A stretch of 63,668 nt of DNA, filler included, from Reticulomyxa filosa (taxonomy: Eukaryota; Protista; Foraminifera), in assembly GCA_000512085.1 (NCBI GenBank). It is 19 parts of 19 records of this genome, joined end to end, with 100 filler letters (N's around TTAATTAATTAA, not from the genome) between each part and the next. Parts side by side here need not be neighbours in the genome. Positions count along the whole stretch, not along the records: positions 35,668 to 39,194 come from ASPP01000739.1; positions 39,295 to 45,663 come from ASPP01018581.1; positions 45,764 to 61,303 come from ASPP01000652.1; 16 more parts are not named here. One strand, given 5' to 3'. This document shows, one piece after another, positions 37,356-49,797 of this stretch (the stretch's first letter is position 1; each line of letters begins with the position of its first letter). Below the pieces are notes generated by a model that saw nothing but the letters and a program-made list of their open reading frames with translations, was not told where the DNA came from and ran no database searches. Position numbers and translations under genes: made by a program.

Positions 37356-38179
37356 ATTCTTACGAGCAACAAAGGACGTCGAAAGACTCTTCACTAAAAA
37401 AGCACGTAAACACATACATGATTTCAAAAGATAGTCACTATAAAAAGCATTTACTTTCAAATGTTTTCAGATTCTTTTTTAATTGAAAAAGCAAAATTTA
37501 TTGGGAGTTGAGAAAAGATCAGTAAAATTTAATAAAGTAGTACAAGATACTATCCAATGGAGTCAAATTGACTCTAAATCTTTTTTATTTAATATAATTT
37601 TTTTATACTTCTTTTTTCGACAAACAAGTTGTTCAACCAAAGATGTATAACACGATACTAGAAAACGTAAGCAATTCAAATGAGTACGATTATGTGGCAT
37701 ATATTATCAAAAAGTTTTTAATCATGCAACAAAATGGAAATTATTATCCACAAATTTTTAAATATTTCAAAATTCTTTTTTACTTTTTTATCAATATAAA
37801 CATTTTATTTTTCACTCGAGAAATTTAATAAACATAATAAATATTATATTTAAGTATTAGAGAATGAACGATTTGCTAATGTTGGCATTATACATTTGCA
37901 AACCTTTTCATTTCAACATTTTAAACTTGATTCCGAACATATACTACATAATTGATCTTAAAACAAATCTAAACAAAAAGGACAAAGAATTTTGGCAGGA
38001 AAAATTTTATAAATGACCTAATGTTGATTTGTGTAAAACTAATTTTTGGAATGGATATATATAAAGATGTCAGCCTTCTTCATGCAGGCTAAAGTAAGGC
38101 AAAAACGAACGTTGGTATACCATTATCGGTAATACTTTGTTACTGTTTAATAACTGTGCTTTCTGTTGTGTTCAATAGT

Positions 38180-39095
38180 TAGAAAGACAAGTAGAGACAA
38201 TAATTCAAAATTGGATTCGAATTTTGGATGTTAAATTAGGATGTATTTCTGGTTTTGAAAATATGATAGCAAAATATGTTAATTTATTTGTGTTATTGAG
38301 AATACGAGTAAAATGTAAAATTTCAGTTAAATTAAAAAAAAAAAAGAATAGGTTTGACATTTTCGATTATTAAACGTCTTTCAAGGACACACAGGCGCAG
38401 TAAAAAGCGTAAGATTTTTGAACAGTGGCAGCGAGACTGTCATCATCGTGCGATAAAACAATTCGAATATGGGATATTCAATCGGGAAAACAACTTTAAA
38501 TTTTCAAAGACATTCTAACCACGTAAATTTGGTGGATTTTCTCCTGATGGATTCACGATTATATCATGTTCACAAGATAAAAGCATACGATTGTGGAATG
38601 TAGAATCAGGAACAGAATTGCTGAAATTATAAGGGCATTTGGATGCAGTATAGTATGTAAATTTTTCTCAATGGAAAATATATTGTATCAGGTTCATATG
38701 ATAAAATAATACGATTGTGGGACGTACATTCTGGAAAAGAGATTCAAAAATTACAGTGATATTTAAATGGAATAAGTAATGCTCAATTTTCATCAAATGG
38801 TAAAATGATTGTATCAGCATCTTTTGATAATACAATTGATCTATGGGATATACAATCAGACAAAATAATTCACAAAATATATGGACACAAGAATTACTTG
38901 TCATGTACAAAATTTTCTCCTGATTGCAAATGTATTGTGTCTTGCTCACATGATAGAACGATTCGTTTATTGGATTTGAAAACAGGACAAAAAACACAAA
39001 AATTGGAAGGTAATTCAAGTGTATATAGAATCGGTATTTCACAAGATGGAAATATGATTATTTCAGGTTCTCATGATAAGATTGTACCAGTGTGA
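38180..39095 (+). pseudogene. WD40-repeat pseudogene
   Basis: Leader IIQNWIRILDVKLGCI (same as the gene at 42272), then about six WD40 repeats with in-frame stops (e.g. TAA ~38497, TAA ~38630, TGA ~38757) and several frameshifts. Confidence 0.88.
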
Positions 39096-39315
39096 ATGGT
39101 CGAAGATATAACAAAGTTTTTTTTAGTGAAAAAAAATAATAGTAATTAATAACTTAATACTTATATTGTTTTCTTAGTGGCTTTATTCCATTTGNNNNNN
39201 NNNNNNNNNNNNNNNNNNNNNNNNNNNNNNNNNNNNNNTTAATTAATTAANNNNNNNNNNNNNNNNNNNNNNNNNNNNNNNNNNNNNNNNNNNNAAAAAA
39301 AAAAAAAAAAAAAAG

Positions 39316-40132
39316 GACCTTATATAAACGAGCGTTTGCAAGTAAATTTGAACGACCAACAACAATTTGTCCATTTGAGTCATTGCTGCTGGGAACACAT
39401 TTTGCGACATGTTTCGCAGTACATTTCCACTACTATTCTGTGGTCACAGCCAGTTGAAATCGATTGTCTTGACATTGCTCAAGAATTGCTTCCAATTTGC
39501 CCTGCAGATGTTATTGTTAAGAATATTACTTATTTTTTTCATTTATGTATTGATCTTTTGTTACGTGCATAAGCATGTATGTATGTGTGTACGTACACTT
39601 TGCACATGTGTTCGGAACGAAGGGTATCATTATCGAATACGTAGATGCCCCTTTTATGAATTATGTTCAAGTCAGTGGCGAGGCGATGATGAACAAACGT
39701 GAAAGATTCTTATTAACATACTGTCTGTCCACTGGCAATGATCTGGAACTTTTGGAAAGGGTCTTGTTGTTTGAAAAAAACTTAGACTATTTAATCCAAA
39801 ATGACCGACTTTTGCTCCAATTTGGATTAAACCACAAACACTTCAAAGAAATTCTTCTTTCCAGTAGCCGAGTCATGAATAAACTCCCCCAACCTCTCAA
39901 CTTGTTTGATATCTCATTGGACGTTTCCAAAATCACAACTCCTATGTACTTTCAAATGGGTAATGAAAAGTCCATATTTTTTGCTGGGAAAAATACTGTA
40001 ATGTGTTTTGAAAAAGAAAAAAGGAAGATCAAAAGCAGACGTCTTAAAAAAGAGGTTTTGCCTCGCAAACCTGATCCCACTCCTTCACCATCTCCTTCTT
40101 TCGATTTTAATCTCTTTGACCTCTTCGGTTAG
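39316..40132 (+). CDS. 3' exons of a hypothetical protein
   Basis: ORFs 39336-39572 and 39575-40132 are joined by a probable intron. No recognised domain. Confidence 0.5.
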
Positions 40133-40437
40133 TTTTTTTGTATCTTTTTCTTTTTTTTTAAATTCCCTTTAGTAGATTGGAATCAAATTGATCGAATGAA
40201 AAGCAATAAACATGAGGAGTCAACGCATTATTTTGCACAATTTACAGTATTACTTTTAATATTCAGAGCATATTTTAAAAAATATTCCTGTTTGCTAGTT
40301 CACATGGAACATGTGGCAAGACAAAGTTCGTTGAACAGAGGGGACTATGAGGAACAAAAAGTCGTTTACACATATAGATGCCTCTCCCTTGGAGTGTAAC
40401 TTTTTAATTGAAAAATTTTTGATTTCTATATGCAACC

Positions 40438-41292
40438 ATGCTGGCAAATCGCTCAGATAAAATAGTCGGAAAGCTCTTTACTAGGAGCAGCTCTTGTCTT
40501 GTGGTAAAGAGCAGGACGTTGCGAAATAACGTAGGCGTTATTGTAAAGCGACATATTCAAACACCAACGAAGACAATCGACTCATCGACAAGTAGTTTAC
40601 AAATGGAGTTGTTGCAAAGCATTGAAGGAATGGAAAAGATAGCAACAGAAAAAAAGAGCGCAGTATCGACCAGTGAAGTGATGTCATGGTTTCAGCAATG
40701 GCTTTCGACAGCAGCAAAGCATCCATGGATACTCGAAGCAAATGCAATGAGTTTATCCACAATATCTAGTGATAGTATCGGAGATGGGTTATTATATCCA
40801 GATTCACGTTTGGTGCTTTTGAAAGGCCAGGACAGCAACCAAGGCATATTTACATTTTTCACAAATTATGGGTCGAATAAAGCCAAGCAATTAACAAAAT
40901 TTCCCCAATGTAGTTTGTCGTTTTATTGGGAACCTTTGTATGCAGCGGTGCGTATTCAAGGCACAATCGAACGAACCAGTGCCAAAGTGTCCGATGACTA
41001 TTGGTATTCCCGGCCTTATCAGTCTCAATTGAGTAGTGCCGCCAGCGCACAAAGCCACAAAATGGAAAGTCGTGATGTGCTGAAGCACAAAATGAATCAA
41101 ATACACACGCAATGTCAACATACACAGAAAGTTCCTAGACCAAGTAATTGGGGTGGGTATCATGTCAAAGCTCTCAAAGTCGAATTTTGGAAAGGAGGGG
41201 AATTTCGCTTCCATCACAGAGTCATGTTCACCAAAGATCTTCACAAACTTTCTCAAAGTCAATATTGGCAAGCTGTTTGTCTTCAACCCTGA
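40438..41292 (+). CDS. PNPO: Pyridoxamine 5'-phosphate oxidase with a mitochondrial-type presequence
   Basis: EANAMSLST..PDSRLVLLK..FFTNYGSNKAKQL..LSFYW..VRIQG..YWYSRPYQSQ..SAQS..PRPSNWGGY..VEFWKG..RFHHR..LQP*. Intronless, with an Arg/Ser-rich N-terminus. Confidence 0.95.
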   Translation: MLANRSDKIVGKLFTRSSSCLVVKSRTLRNNVGVIVKRHIQTPTKTIDSSTSSLQMELLQSIEGMEKIATEKKSAVSTSEVMSWFQQWLSTAAKHPWILEANAMSLSTISSDSIGDGLLYPDSRLVLLKGQDSNQGIFTFFTNYGSNKAKQLTKFPQCSLSFYWEPLYAAVRIQGTIERTSAKVSDDYWYSRPYQSQLSSAASAQSHKMESRDVLKHKMNQIHTQCQHTQKVPRPSNWGGYHVKALKVEFWKGGEFRFHHRVMFTKDLHKLSQSQYWQAVCLQP

Positions 41293-42271
41293 TTATGTTT
41301 GTATCACATTACTTGCTTGTTTTCATTTCATTTTGTTTTTTTTAAAAAAAAAAAGATCAATTTTGTTCGATTACTATTGTCTCACTTCTTCCGATTTCAT
41401 CCGAATTCATTTCTTTCCATTGGAGTTTTCAAACTATGCTTCTAAAAAAGTTTACATTTTTGTTCAAGCCAATTTCCTTGGTTTCTAATAATCATGATCT
41501 TTCTCCTTTTCCTTCCTTCTTGCCCAGAACATTCGGGTTTTTTATATGGTCGGCCTTGTTGTGTTATCTTTCCTATCGTATGCTTGACACTTTTGCACCT
41601 TCAAAATTTACTCATTACAATTGCATTTCCGCAACTTTCGTTATATCCATTCGCTTTTCCTTATCTCTTTGAGACACAAACCAACACAATTTCCGATTTT
41701 GTGCTAATACTGGATAAAGCTTCTACAACAACTAACGATCAATTTTGTTGTCATTTTTTTTGAATCATGATTTTCCAAGTTGGAGAAGTGACAAGGTACA
41801 AATAAAATTAAAATTGGCAATTATTTCCTAATTTTAAAACAAAAGAAAAACGAAATTTGATTATTTGCTCTGTGTAAAAAAATTTCAATTTTTGACACAC
41901 AATGCATACATGTTATGCACTAGACTACTATGTATTTATAGTATAATAAAAAAGAAAATTGAACTTTGTATAGATGATTTTCTTCATGAAGAGACAGCAT
42001 TTGCTCCTCCCCTATGGAAATATTTATGATACAATATGTTAAATTAAAAAAAATGTTAAATTTGAATTTTTTTATCATACAAATCTCAAAAAATATCTTT
42101 TTTTGATAATTCTTTATACTTTTAAAAAAGTAATCATAGCATCAGCTTGTGTTTTATTCAAATATTTTCGTCAGTGTTTTTGACGTCCCCTCGTTGATCT
42201 TGAAAGAAAAAAGTTCAAACATTTTTTCATCTTACAATAATCTAAGACTAGCTCAAAAAGAAAAAGAAAAA

Positions 42272-43655
42272 ATGACCACTCATATAAATGAAAAACAAAC
42301 TTCAACACGACCAGCGTTGGTAAACTTCATTTCAATCTTTTCAAAAAGCTAACTGTTCACGTCTACAATGTACTTATATACTTGTTTTGCGTGAAGCTGT
42401 TAGAAGATATTCAAGTAGTTATTCAGCACTGGATTCGAATATTAAACATTACATTAGGATGGATCCATGATTTTGATAAAATTGTTGTCAATTATGTTAT
42501 GTTTCCTTTGTTTTTTATTTTCATTCAATCGCAAATGTATATTTGTTATAATTCATAATTACAATTTAAATAGGTAAGTACGGTCTTCATGTTTGACGTA
42601 TTTATTTCATCATCCAAATTAATAAATACATTCACTGGACATTCTGATATAGTGTGGAGTATTGATTATTCAATATTAGGTGATGGTCAATTCATCTGTT
42701 CTGGATCGGCTGATGAAACAGTTCGTGTATGGGATGTAGAAAACAACAAACAAATTCAATCATTTAATAAACATTCAAGTGCTGTAGCCTGTGTGAAATT
42801 TTCATCATATCATTATCATAACTATCGTCGTAATGTTATTTGTTCTGCATCGGTTGACAGAACAATTCGTTTTTGGGATTTCAAAGATAATAAGGAATTA
42901 CAAATTTTCAATAAACACACAGGTTGGATTGGCGGAATTGAATTTTCACCATTCAATGGTGGTAGATATTTATGTTCTGGATCTGAAGACAATACTATTT
43001 GTTTATGGGATGTTGAAACATCCAAATTATTGCATGTGCTCAAAGGACATAAGGATTGTGTTCGGTCTGTGGATATTTCATCATTACAAAGCAATAACAA
43101 TAAGAATGAAAGTAATAGTATTGGTGTAATTGGTGGTAATGGATATAACATTTGTTCTGGATCATTTGATAATACCATTATACTGTGGGATATTGAGACA
43201 GCCAAACAACTCATTGTCTTCAAAGGACATAGTAAAGGAGTGATGAATGTAAAATATGGATCAAATGAATTCGGTTGTGCAAATACAATACTATCTGGAT
43301 CAAATGATGAAAGTGTTCGTTTGTGGGATGTTCGATCTGGTGAACAAATTCAAGTGTTCAATGGACATGAACGTGGCGTGTACGCTGTTGAATATTCACC
43401 ATTTGTAATAAAGAATAACAGTGAAGCTGTTAGTGGTAATTCAAATGTGATATGTTCTGGATCAGTTGATAATACAATCCGTTTTTGGGATATTCGATCA
43501 AATAAGAATAAATTGCAAGCGATAAAGGGAGATGAAAAAAAAAAGGAATAATATGTCTTAAATTTATATCATCGAAAAAGAAAATAAAAAACAATGATTG
43601 TTGTGTTAATTTATGTTATGGTTCAAATGAAGGTCCAATTAATGTTTGGGGATGA
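42272..43655 (+). CDS. WD40-repeat protein (expanded lineage-specific family)
   Basis: MTTHINEKQTSTRPAL/EDIQVVIQHWIRILNITLGWIHDFDKIVVNY/ followed by six GH..WD repeats. A frameshift in the poly-A at ~43535-43544 precedes GIICLKF..GPINVWG* (TGA at 43655). Confidence 0.9.
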
Positions 43656-44574
43656 ATGCATATGTATAAAGTTTTATTGAATTTATAAAATTTTTTTGAA
43701 ATGACAGATAAGGATAAAATCTCAGTGTGTGCTACACAAACACAAAATCATTTTATGAAAGAGTCATTTTTATCGTACACTCAAAAACGAATACAAGTTT
43801 ATCTGTAAGTATTTAATGATGCCCATTTAGAAGAGAGTGTATGTAAAACTAGTGCGCAGCAACAAAGAACGCCTTTATTGTCTTTTTATGGAAACAAAAA
43901 GTACATTGGTGACGAAATATGTAAGCATTTTTGCAAATTTATTAATGTATCAGTATCGGCATCGCACTCAATTATATGTGGAAAGGGATACTTCTTTTTT
44001 GCTTGAACAAAAATATAGTAAGCATATTTTAGACTTGATACGTAGTCTTTTGGTTTTAACTCGCAAGGTAGCTGCATATGACACTAATGTGAAAACGCAC
44101 TCCAGTTTAAGTATAATATTTTGATTTCTATTTGTTGTTATACTTTCAAAATAAAAAGATACAAAACAAGTAATTACAATCGACTGCAAAAAAAAAGACT
44201 CGCTAAAATATATCACTATAAATATTTGCAATTTTTTTGATGAAAAATTGCAAATATTTATAGTGGTGCATTTTGGGGGTCTTTTGCGGTCGATTTTATT
44301 TAACATCTCTCTTATTACAACTAATACTCGACAATAAATGAAATTGTAAATTTACTCTTGTTCAAATATTAATATTTTCGAGTACGTTATTGTTATATTA
44401 CTTTCAAAAAGACACTTTTTGCATTTAAGATAAGAATGCTTAAAAGTAAAGAAAATAACCATTTAAACACAATCGATGGTAAAAAACCTTTATCATTCAA
44501 ATTGAAGAAAAACCCAATCAATTAATTTCCAAAAATCAGAACACTTTTCTCTTTCCAATAACCAAAACTTCTTC

Positions 44575-44776
44575 TCATAAGCCGTCACGCAAACGTAACA
44601 CCAAGTGTAACGTGCTTTCCTTTTGGATGTTATAATCACTTCAAGTTCTTCCATCTTCCAGCAAAGGTTAATCGTTGTTGCTATGGTATGATGCCTTCCT
44701 TGTCTTGGGCTCAACACGTCTAAGGTCCTGGTTTTGCCAGTCAAGGTCTTCGGGTGCTTAAAAATACAATTGCCAT
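44575..44776 (-). pseudogene. Ubiquitin pseudogene
   Basis: KTLTGKTRTLDV/../[42 protein letters not shown]. Two premature stops, two internal deletions, and GG changed to DG. Confidence 0.92.
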
Positions 44777-44939
44777 GCTCTTACACCAAATCCTTATAAT
44801 ATCAGTACCGCGTTTTTGAACTTCTAAAAAAGTGGGGCAAATCTTTCGTTTAAAATTTATACTTTATTATTGCACATTTTCTTGAAACAAGTCTCCAAAA
44901 TCACAGTTGAGATATAAATAGTAACGATATATTGCTTAT

Positions 44940-45663
44940 ATGAACAATGAAGGTATGTGTGCTTTTATTTTAACAGACAGACCAAAGTGTAAAGGAGGAA
45001 TGCAAGACAACGACAGCAACAATAATAATACCAATGCTACAAACGAAGGAGACAAGAAATATGAAAAGGAAATAAAAATATTGATTCGACTATTCGGTGA
45101 TTCAATTAACAAAGAAGAATTGAAACAGAAAATAATGAATAGCAATGGAAATATCGAATTGGTGATAAAAGAACTTGTTCGATTATCTGTTGAAAATGAG
45201 GTATATTACAACATATCTGTTTCATTACAATTGATGTTTTTTTGTATTAAAAAGATAAAAGCAAAATGAATGAATTAGGAAATATTAAATAGGTAGCAAC
45301 AAAATTATTTTATGACTTTTTTTTATCTTTATGTTTCTGTTTTGGAATTAATAGAAACAAGAACAAGAAAACACAATAAATACATTCGATGATAATAAAA
45401 GTATACAAAGAGAAATGGAAAAAGCAGAAATTGGAGAAACAAAACCAGGAATTAATTTGCAAGGATATTGCATCAATGAAATGTGTTTAGCATCAAAAGC
45501 GGAATTACCAGTATGGATTAATATTGGATTTAATGATATTACATTTATTTCAGATAAAACTTCTTTTAATTGTCCTGACTGTAAAAAAGAAACAGTTACA
45601 TCCATTGTTAAAGCAATGTTCTATAATTCCGAACATTCAATTTGTGCAAGTGGTGATTCAATA
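44940..45663 (+). CDS. Protein with a small helical (UBA/CUE-like) domain and a C-terminal four-Cys putative zinc domain (3' partial)
   Basis: YEKEIKILIRLFGDSINKEELKQKIMNSNGNIELVIKEL, then PGINLQGYCINEMCLAS..VWINIGF..FNCPDC. Several introns. Confidence 0.65.
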
Positions 45664-45799
45664 NNNNNNNNNNNNNNNNNNNNNNNNNNNNNNNNNNNNN
45701 NNNNNNNTTAATTAATTAANNNNNNNNNNNNNNNNNNNNNNNNNNNNNNNNNNNNNNNNNNNNATCATCTCTATAAGGTTGCATTTTAGGTGTCAACTT

Positions 45800-48700
45800 T
45801 CTTTTTTGTCTTACTGTAGTTGTTAACACACAGTATGGAGTTGTGCAACAATAATTATAATGCACATATTCGTTGGCATTGTGAGTGGCGCAGAGTTATT
45901 ACAAATGAATTGCGCCAGGAGATAGTAGCGAGCTCTCAAATGAAAAGGATTAGATGGGTATTACGATCAATACACATAGATGCGCAAATCCCTTGTCTAA
46001 CAAGAGCCAGTTTGTTTTCTGCTGTACATTACGGCTTGCAGTACCAAGTATGGAAGTTTCGGTGTGTGTTACTCTTTGTCGACATTTACATCGAATGGGG
46101 CAAAGTGTGTAAACTTTATCTGCACATAATTGGCATGTGGATATCTGATAGTATATCTATCTGATGGAAAATGTCGATTCTTTGGTTGTAGATATGGAAC
46201 AACGCAATGTCTGGATATTAAACATCCAAGCGTATGTCGTGTAGCGAGTGGACTTGAATAATATTGTGAGCAAAGTTTTGGACTTGCTTGTAATTCTTTC
46301 ACGTGTTGAAGAACTTGCTCACAATAATTTCCTATTTTCAATACGGGATCCTTCTCGTAAAGACATTGACATTTTATTCGATTCGGGGTAATGAAGGTAT
46401 TTCAAATGAATTGTTGGAAAGAATTGCGTGACTCATGTGATTGGACGTCACACTTGCGCATTTTCGCCATATGGCTTAATTCAACAGTTGTTCCATTTCC
46501 ATTCACCCCTTTTTGCAGACGCCAACGCTTATGCGAGTTGCAAGCTTTATCACGTACAGACGTGTCAAGAGCATAAATCTATACGACATTGTACAAAAGT
46601 TTGGTCTTACATATCCTCGAACGCCGGTTCGACTAGTGCAATCAAGCAATCAAGCAGTGTCAAAACGTACAAACAAGCTTGAGCACGTATACAAAAAAAA
46701 GGTCGCAATAAATCAAACAATACATCCATTGGTATTTATAATCCGGGGTTTGAATTATCGCAGCCTCTGGATGTGTTTGCACATTTGAATGCTGCCTCGA
46801 ATGAGTCGTACCAAGATAAAAGTGGATAATCATTGTCACATATGGGGCAAACAAGCAATCCTCCACGCGACGATACAAAGCTCTCCTTTAGATGGTGATA
46901 TTGTATATGTTGAAGTTGAAATCCAAAATACAATCTTTACGTTGTATCGCAAATATGGCCGGAACGACGGCAATGGTAGTCAATGGATCCCTATTTCTCA
47001 TACAACACGGTGCAATGTGTACAGACGATTCATTCAAACAAATGATGGGACAGTGTGCTATGACAAAACAACTCACAAAACCCACATATCGACTAGAGTT
47101 TATCCACAAGCGCAACGGAGGTAAGCCGCTGTTATTGTTGATCTGTTCGAAAAGGTTTTATCCAGATGAAATGAAAGGTTTAGAGATTGAAAAACAATTT
47201 GTCCACAGCATATCAGTATAATGTGTCCATAAGTTACAGATCTTTGATTGCGCAAGTATTGCACTATGCAAGATTTGAATGTTGTAGTGAAAAGTATTGA
47301 ACGTGATCAACCAACAACTTTTATAATATGATTTCCAATTCGTCCATATCGTTGTCATCGTTGTCGTTGGAACATTTGAAAAACTGTTTAATGTTACAAT
47401 TTGCATGTGATGACGTCAGGTAAACTAATCAACAGGGGATCATGCTCTTTCAACAAATTGACAATTGGTGTATTACAATGGCTTTGGCCTTTACATCCAT
47501 GTCTCTCGACATCATCATGTATTGTAAATTTCATCTCAATAGTGGATTGCTTTGTAGTAAATTTGCAAATCAATCCTTACATTTTGGATAGTGACTAGAA
47601 GACAAAAGCTTTACCCCGAGCTTTGATGAATATCTTTTAGCGATAGCTATATGGAATAATGGAGATATTCAAGTGGATGCATATTCCACATAAAATTTTC
47701 CTCATTGCGTGCAATCCTGCCATTATTCAAGCCCAAAAAGAGAACGGATAAACAGTGGAAGCAAAAAAAAGCATGGACAATGACAAGAAATAAGAAAGAT
47801 CAATCAGAAGTGAAGGATGAAAGTCAGTGTGATTATATGTTGTTTGTGTCATATTTTTAGTTGTTGAAATGTATCTCCATCAAAACAGTGTGAGCATGTA
47901 AAATGTTTTGCTTTAGATTTGAATGGAATATGAGAAAGAAAAAAAAAGAAACGAAAGAGCAAAAGCAGAAATTAGATCGATAGTAACAATATGGCAAGTG
48001 GCAATGTATTATATTAAAGGGAAACAACGATAACAATGTATCAATCAAAGAAGTACGAACATATCACAAGAATCAATGCGTGAAGATTATTGACACAACA
48101 AATCTATTGGAGACAAATATTTTTTGCCAAGACTATGCATATGCTATCAAAATCGATCAAACAAGCTTTCTCAAAGACTTAAAGTTAAATATTTATTATT
48201 GTCTTTTTTTTCTAAGCAATTTAAATTAATTTGTTGTGTTCTCTCTGAAGCACAAGAACTGAAATATGCTGAGACTACAAACAGTTGAGATTATGGTAAG
48301 CCAGACGATGAAGCCACAAGTGAATACAAAGAACGTGTACAAAAATGTTATTGCTGCCTTGTCAAAATGTAGAACATATGGCCCTCGATCATTAAATGCT
48401 TTAACAAACGAAAAAATAAAACTACTTGTCGGAAACCAAATGCTTTGAAATATTGTATTGAATATTAGAAGCTTGTGCAGATGCAACAATAGAAACGAAG
48501 TCGCAACAAGCTGAAGATGCATCCCTTTTTAAAGAAATTTGTGGTATCAATGGAACAGAACTATTTGACATCCTCTACATCGTAATGAAAGGCCATGGAC
48601 AAGTAATACTATTGATGACATTATTCCAAAGAAGAATCTTGGATTTCCACAATTATTGACATTGGTTTTGTTGTGATAGTTGATATGCTCCGAGATTCTC

Positions 48701-48900
48701 AAAGCTGTTGCCAAGTCATCACAAGTATTATATGTCCATCATATTTATTGAAAATGCGACCCAATGTACAACAAGTGAAAAAGCAATTTATTTAAATTTA
48801 GAACAGTCTCTAGTTAACGCCGATCTTCATTGGACCTTTGTTTCATTGTTTTGCAAATATCCAAAGTACTGGTCTTTGATTTTAAGTAATATATGTTTTA
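45800..48900 (+). pseudogene. Long, heavily decayed coding-like region of unknown origin
   Basis: Less AT-rich than the flanks, with few homopolymers and many short overlapping protein-like frames interrupted by stops. No family recognised. Confidence 0.35.
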
Positions 48901-49797
48901 TAAACTTTATTTCTATTCTCTCTATATGATATACTAATGTAAGATTTTATCTAACATTTTATTAATATAAATCAAGAAGTGAATAAATCTCGTATTCTCC
49001 AACCAAAATCGCTGCTGACACAAGCAGAAACGAAACAAACTCTTCAATCAAGCGAATGTAGCTTCTGACATACATACATGCTTTCCTGTCAAGTTGGGAA
49101 AAAAACTTGTTGGGGTTAGTGGCTTTACACAATTATAAATTTCAATTCACTGATACCTTCAAACGTTCTACTATTACAAGTCATGTTTCAAATTTTTGTG
49201 ATTCATAACCAATCTTCCAAAAGCACAAATCATGTCGAGTTTGCATGCCAAAATTTACTTCATCAAGATTAGTTCAAATTGTTCGTCTTGTCTTTAAAAA
49301 AACTTGTTTCTTTACCCAAACTAGATAGTATATTTGACTTAATTTACAAAGCGTTGAAAAAGCTGCATCAATAAAGAAAAACAAAATGTTAACAAGAAAA
49401 AAAGATTATCACTTTCTCAGAAAATGGTTTACTGAAAATATAATCAAAGTTATTCTTATTATTTTATTTTTTGTTGCAGTTTGTTTAATTGTGTGTCAGT
49501 CTTTTGGCTATGCGCCTTATCACAGGCATTTCGCAAATATTCACTCACATGTTTGTACTCATTAAGCATAGCCAATTTTTTGAATTAGTTTGCTAACTTA
49601 AACTTTGCAAATTGTAACGTTTTTGCTTTAAAAAAAATTATTAACAAAACGAATAACATTGAGCAGAAACAAGAAAAGATCTCTTGTAAAATGATGTGTT
49701 TCAGTGGTTTATTGTTTAGTTTGGAAAAGCTACGTGTGTGACTTGTTTTCTTCACAGTACTAAAGAGAAACGTTAACCGGAAGGGGAAACAAAAAAA

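Noticed and set aside
38180-39095. In-frame TAA/TAG/TGA as evidence of a variant genetic code
   Set aside because: The stops co-occur with frameshifts, and intact genes in the window terminate at TAA, TAG and TGA normally.
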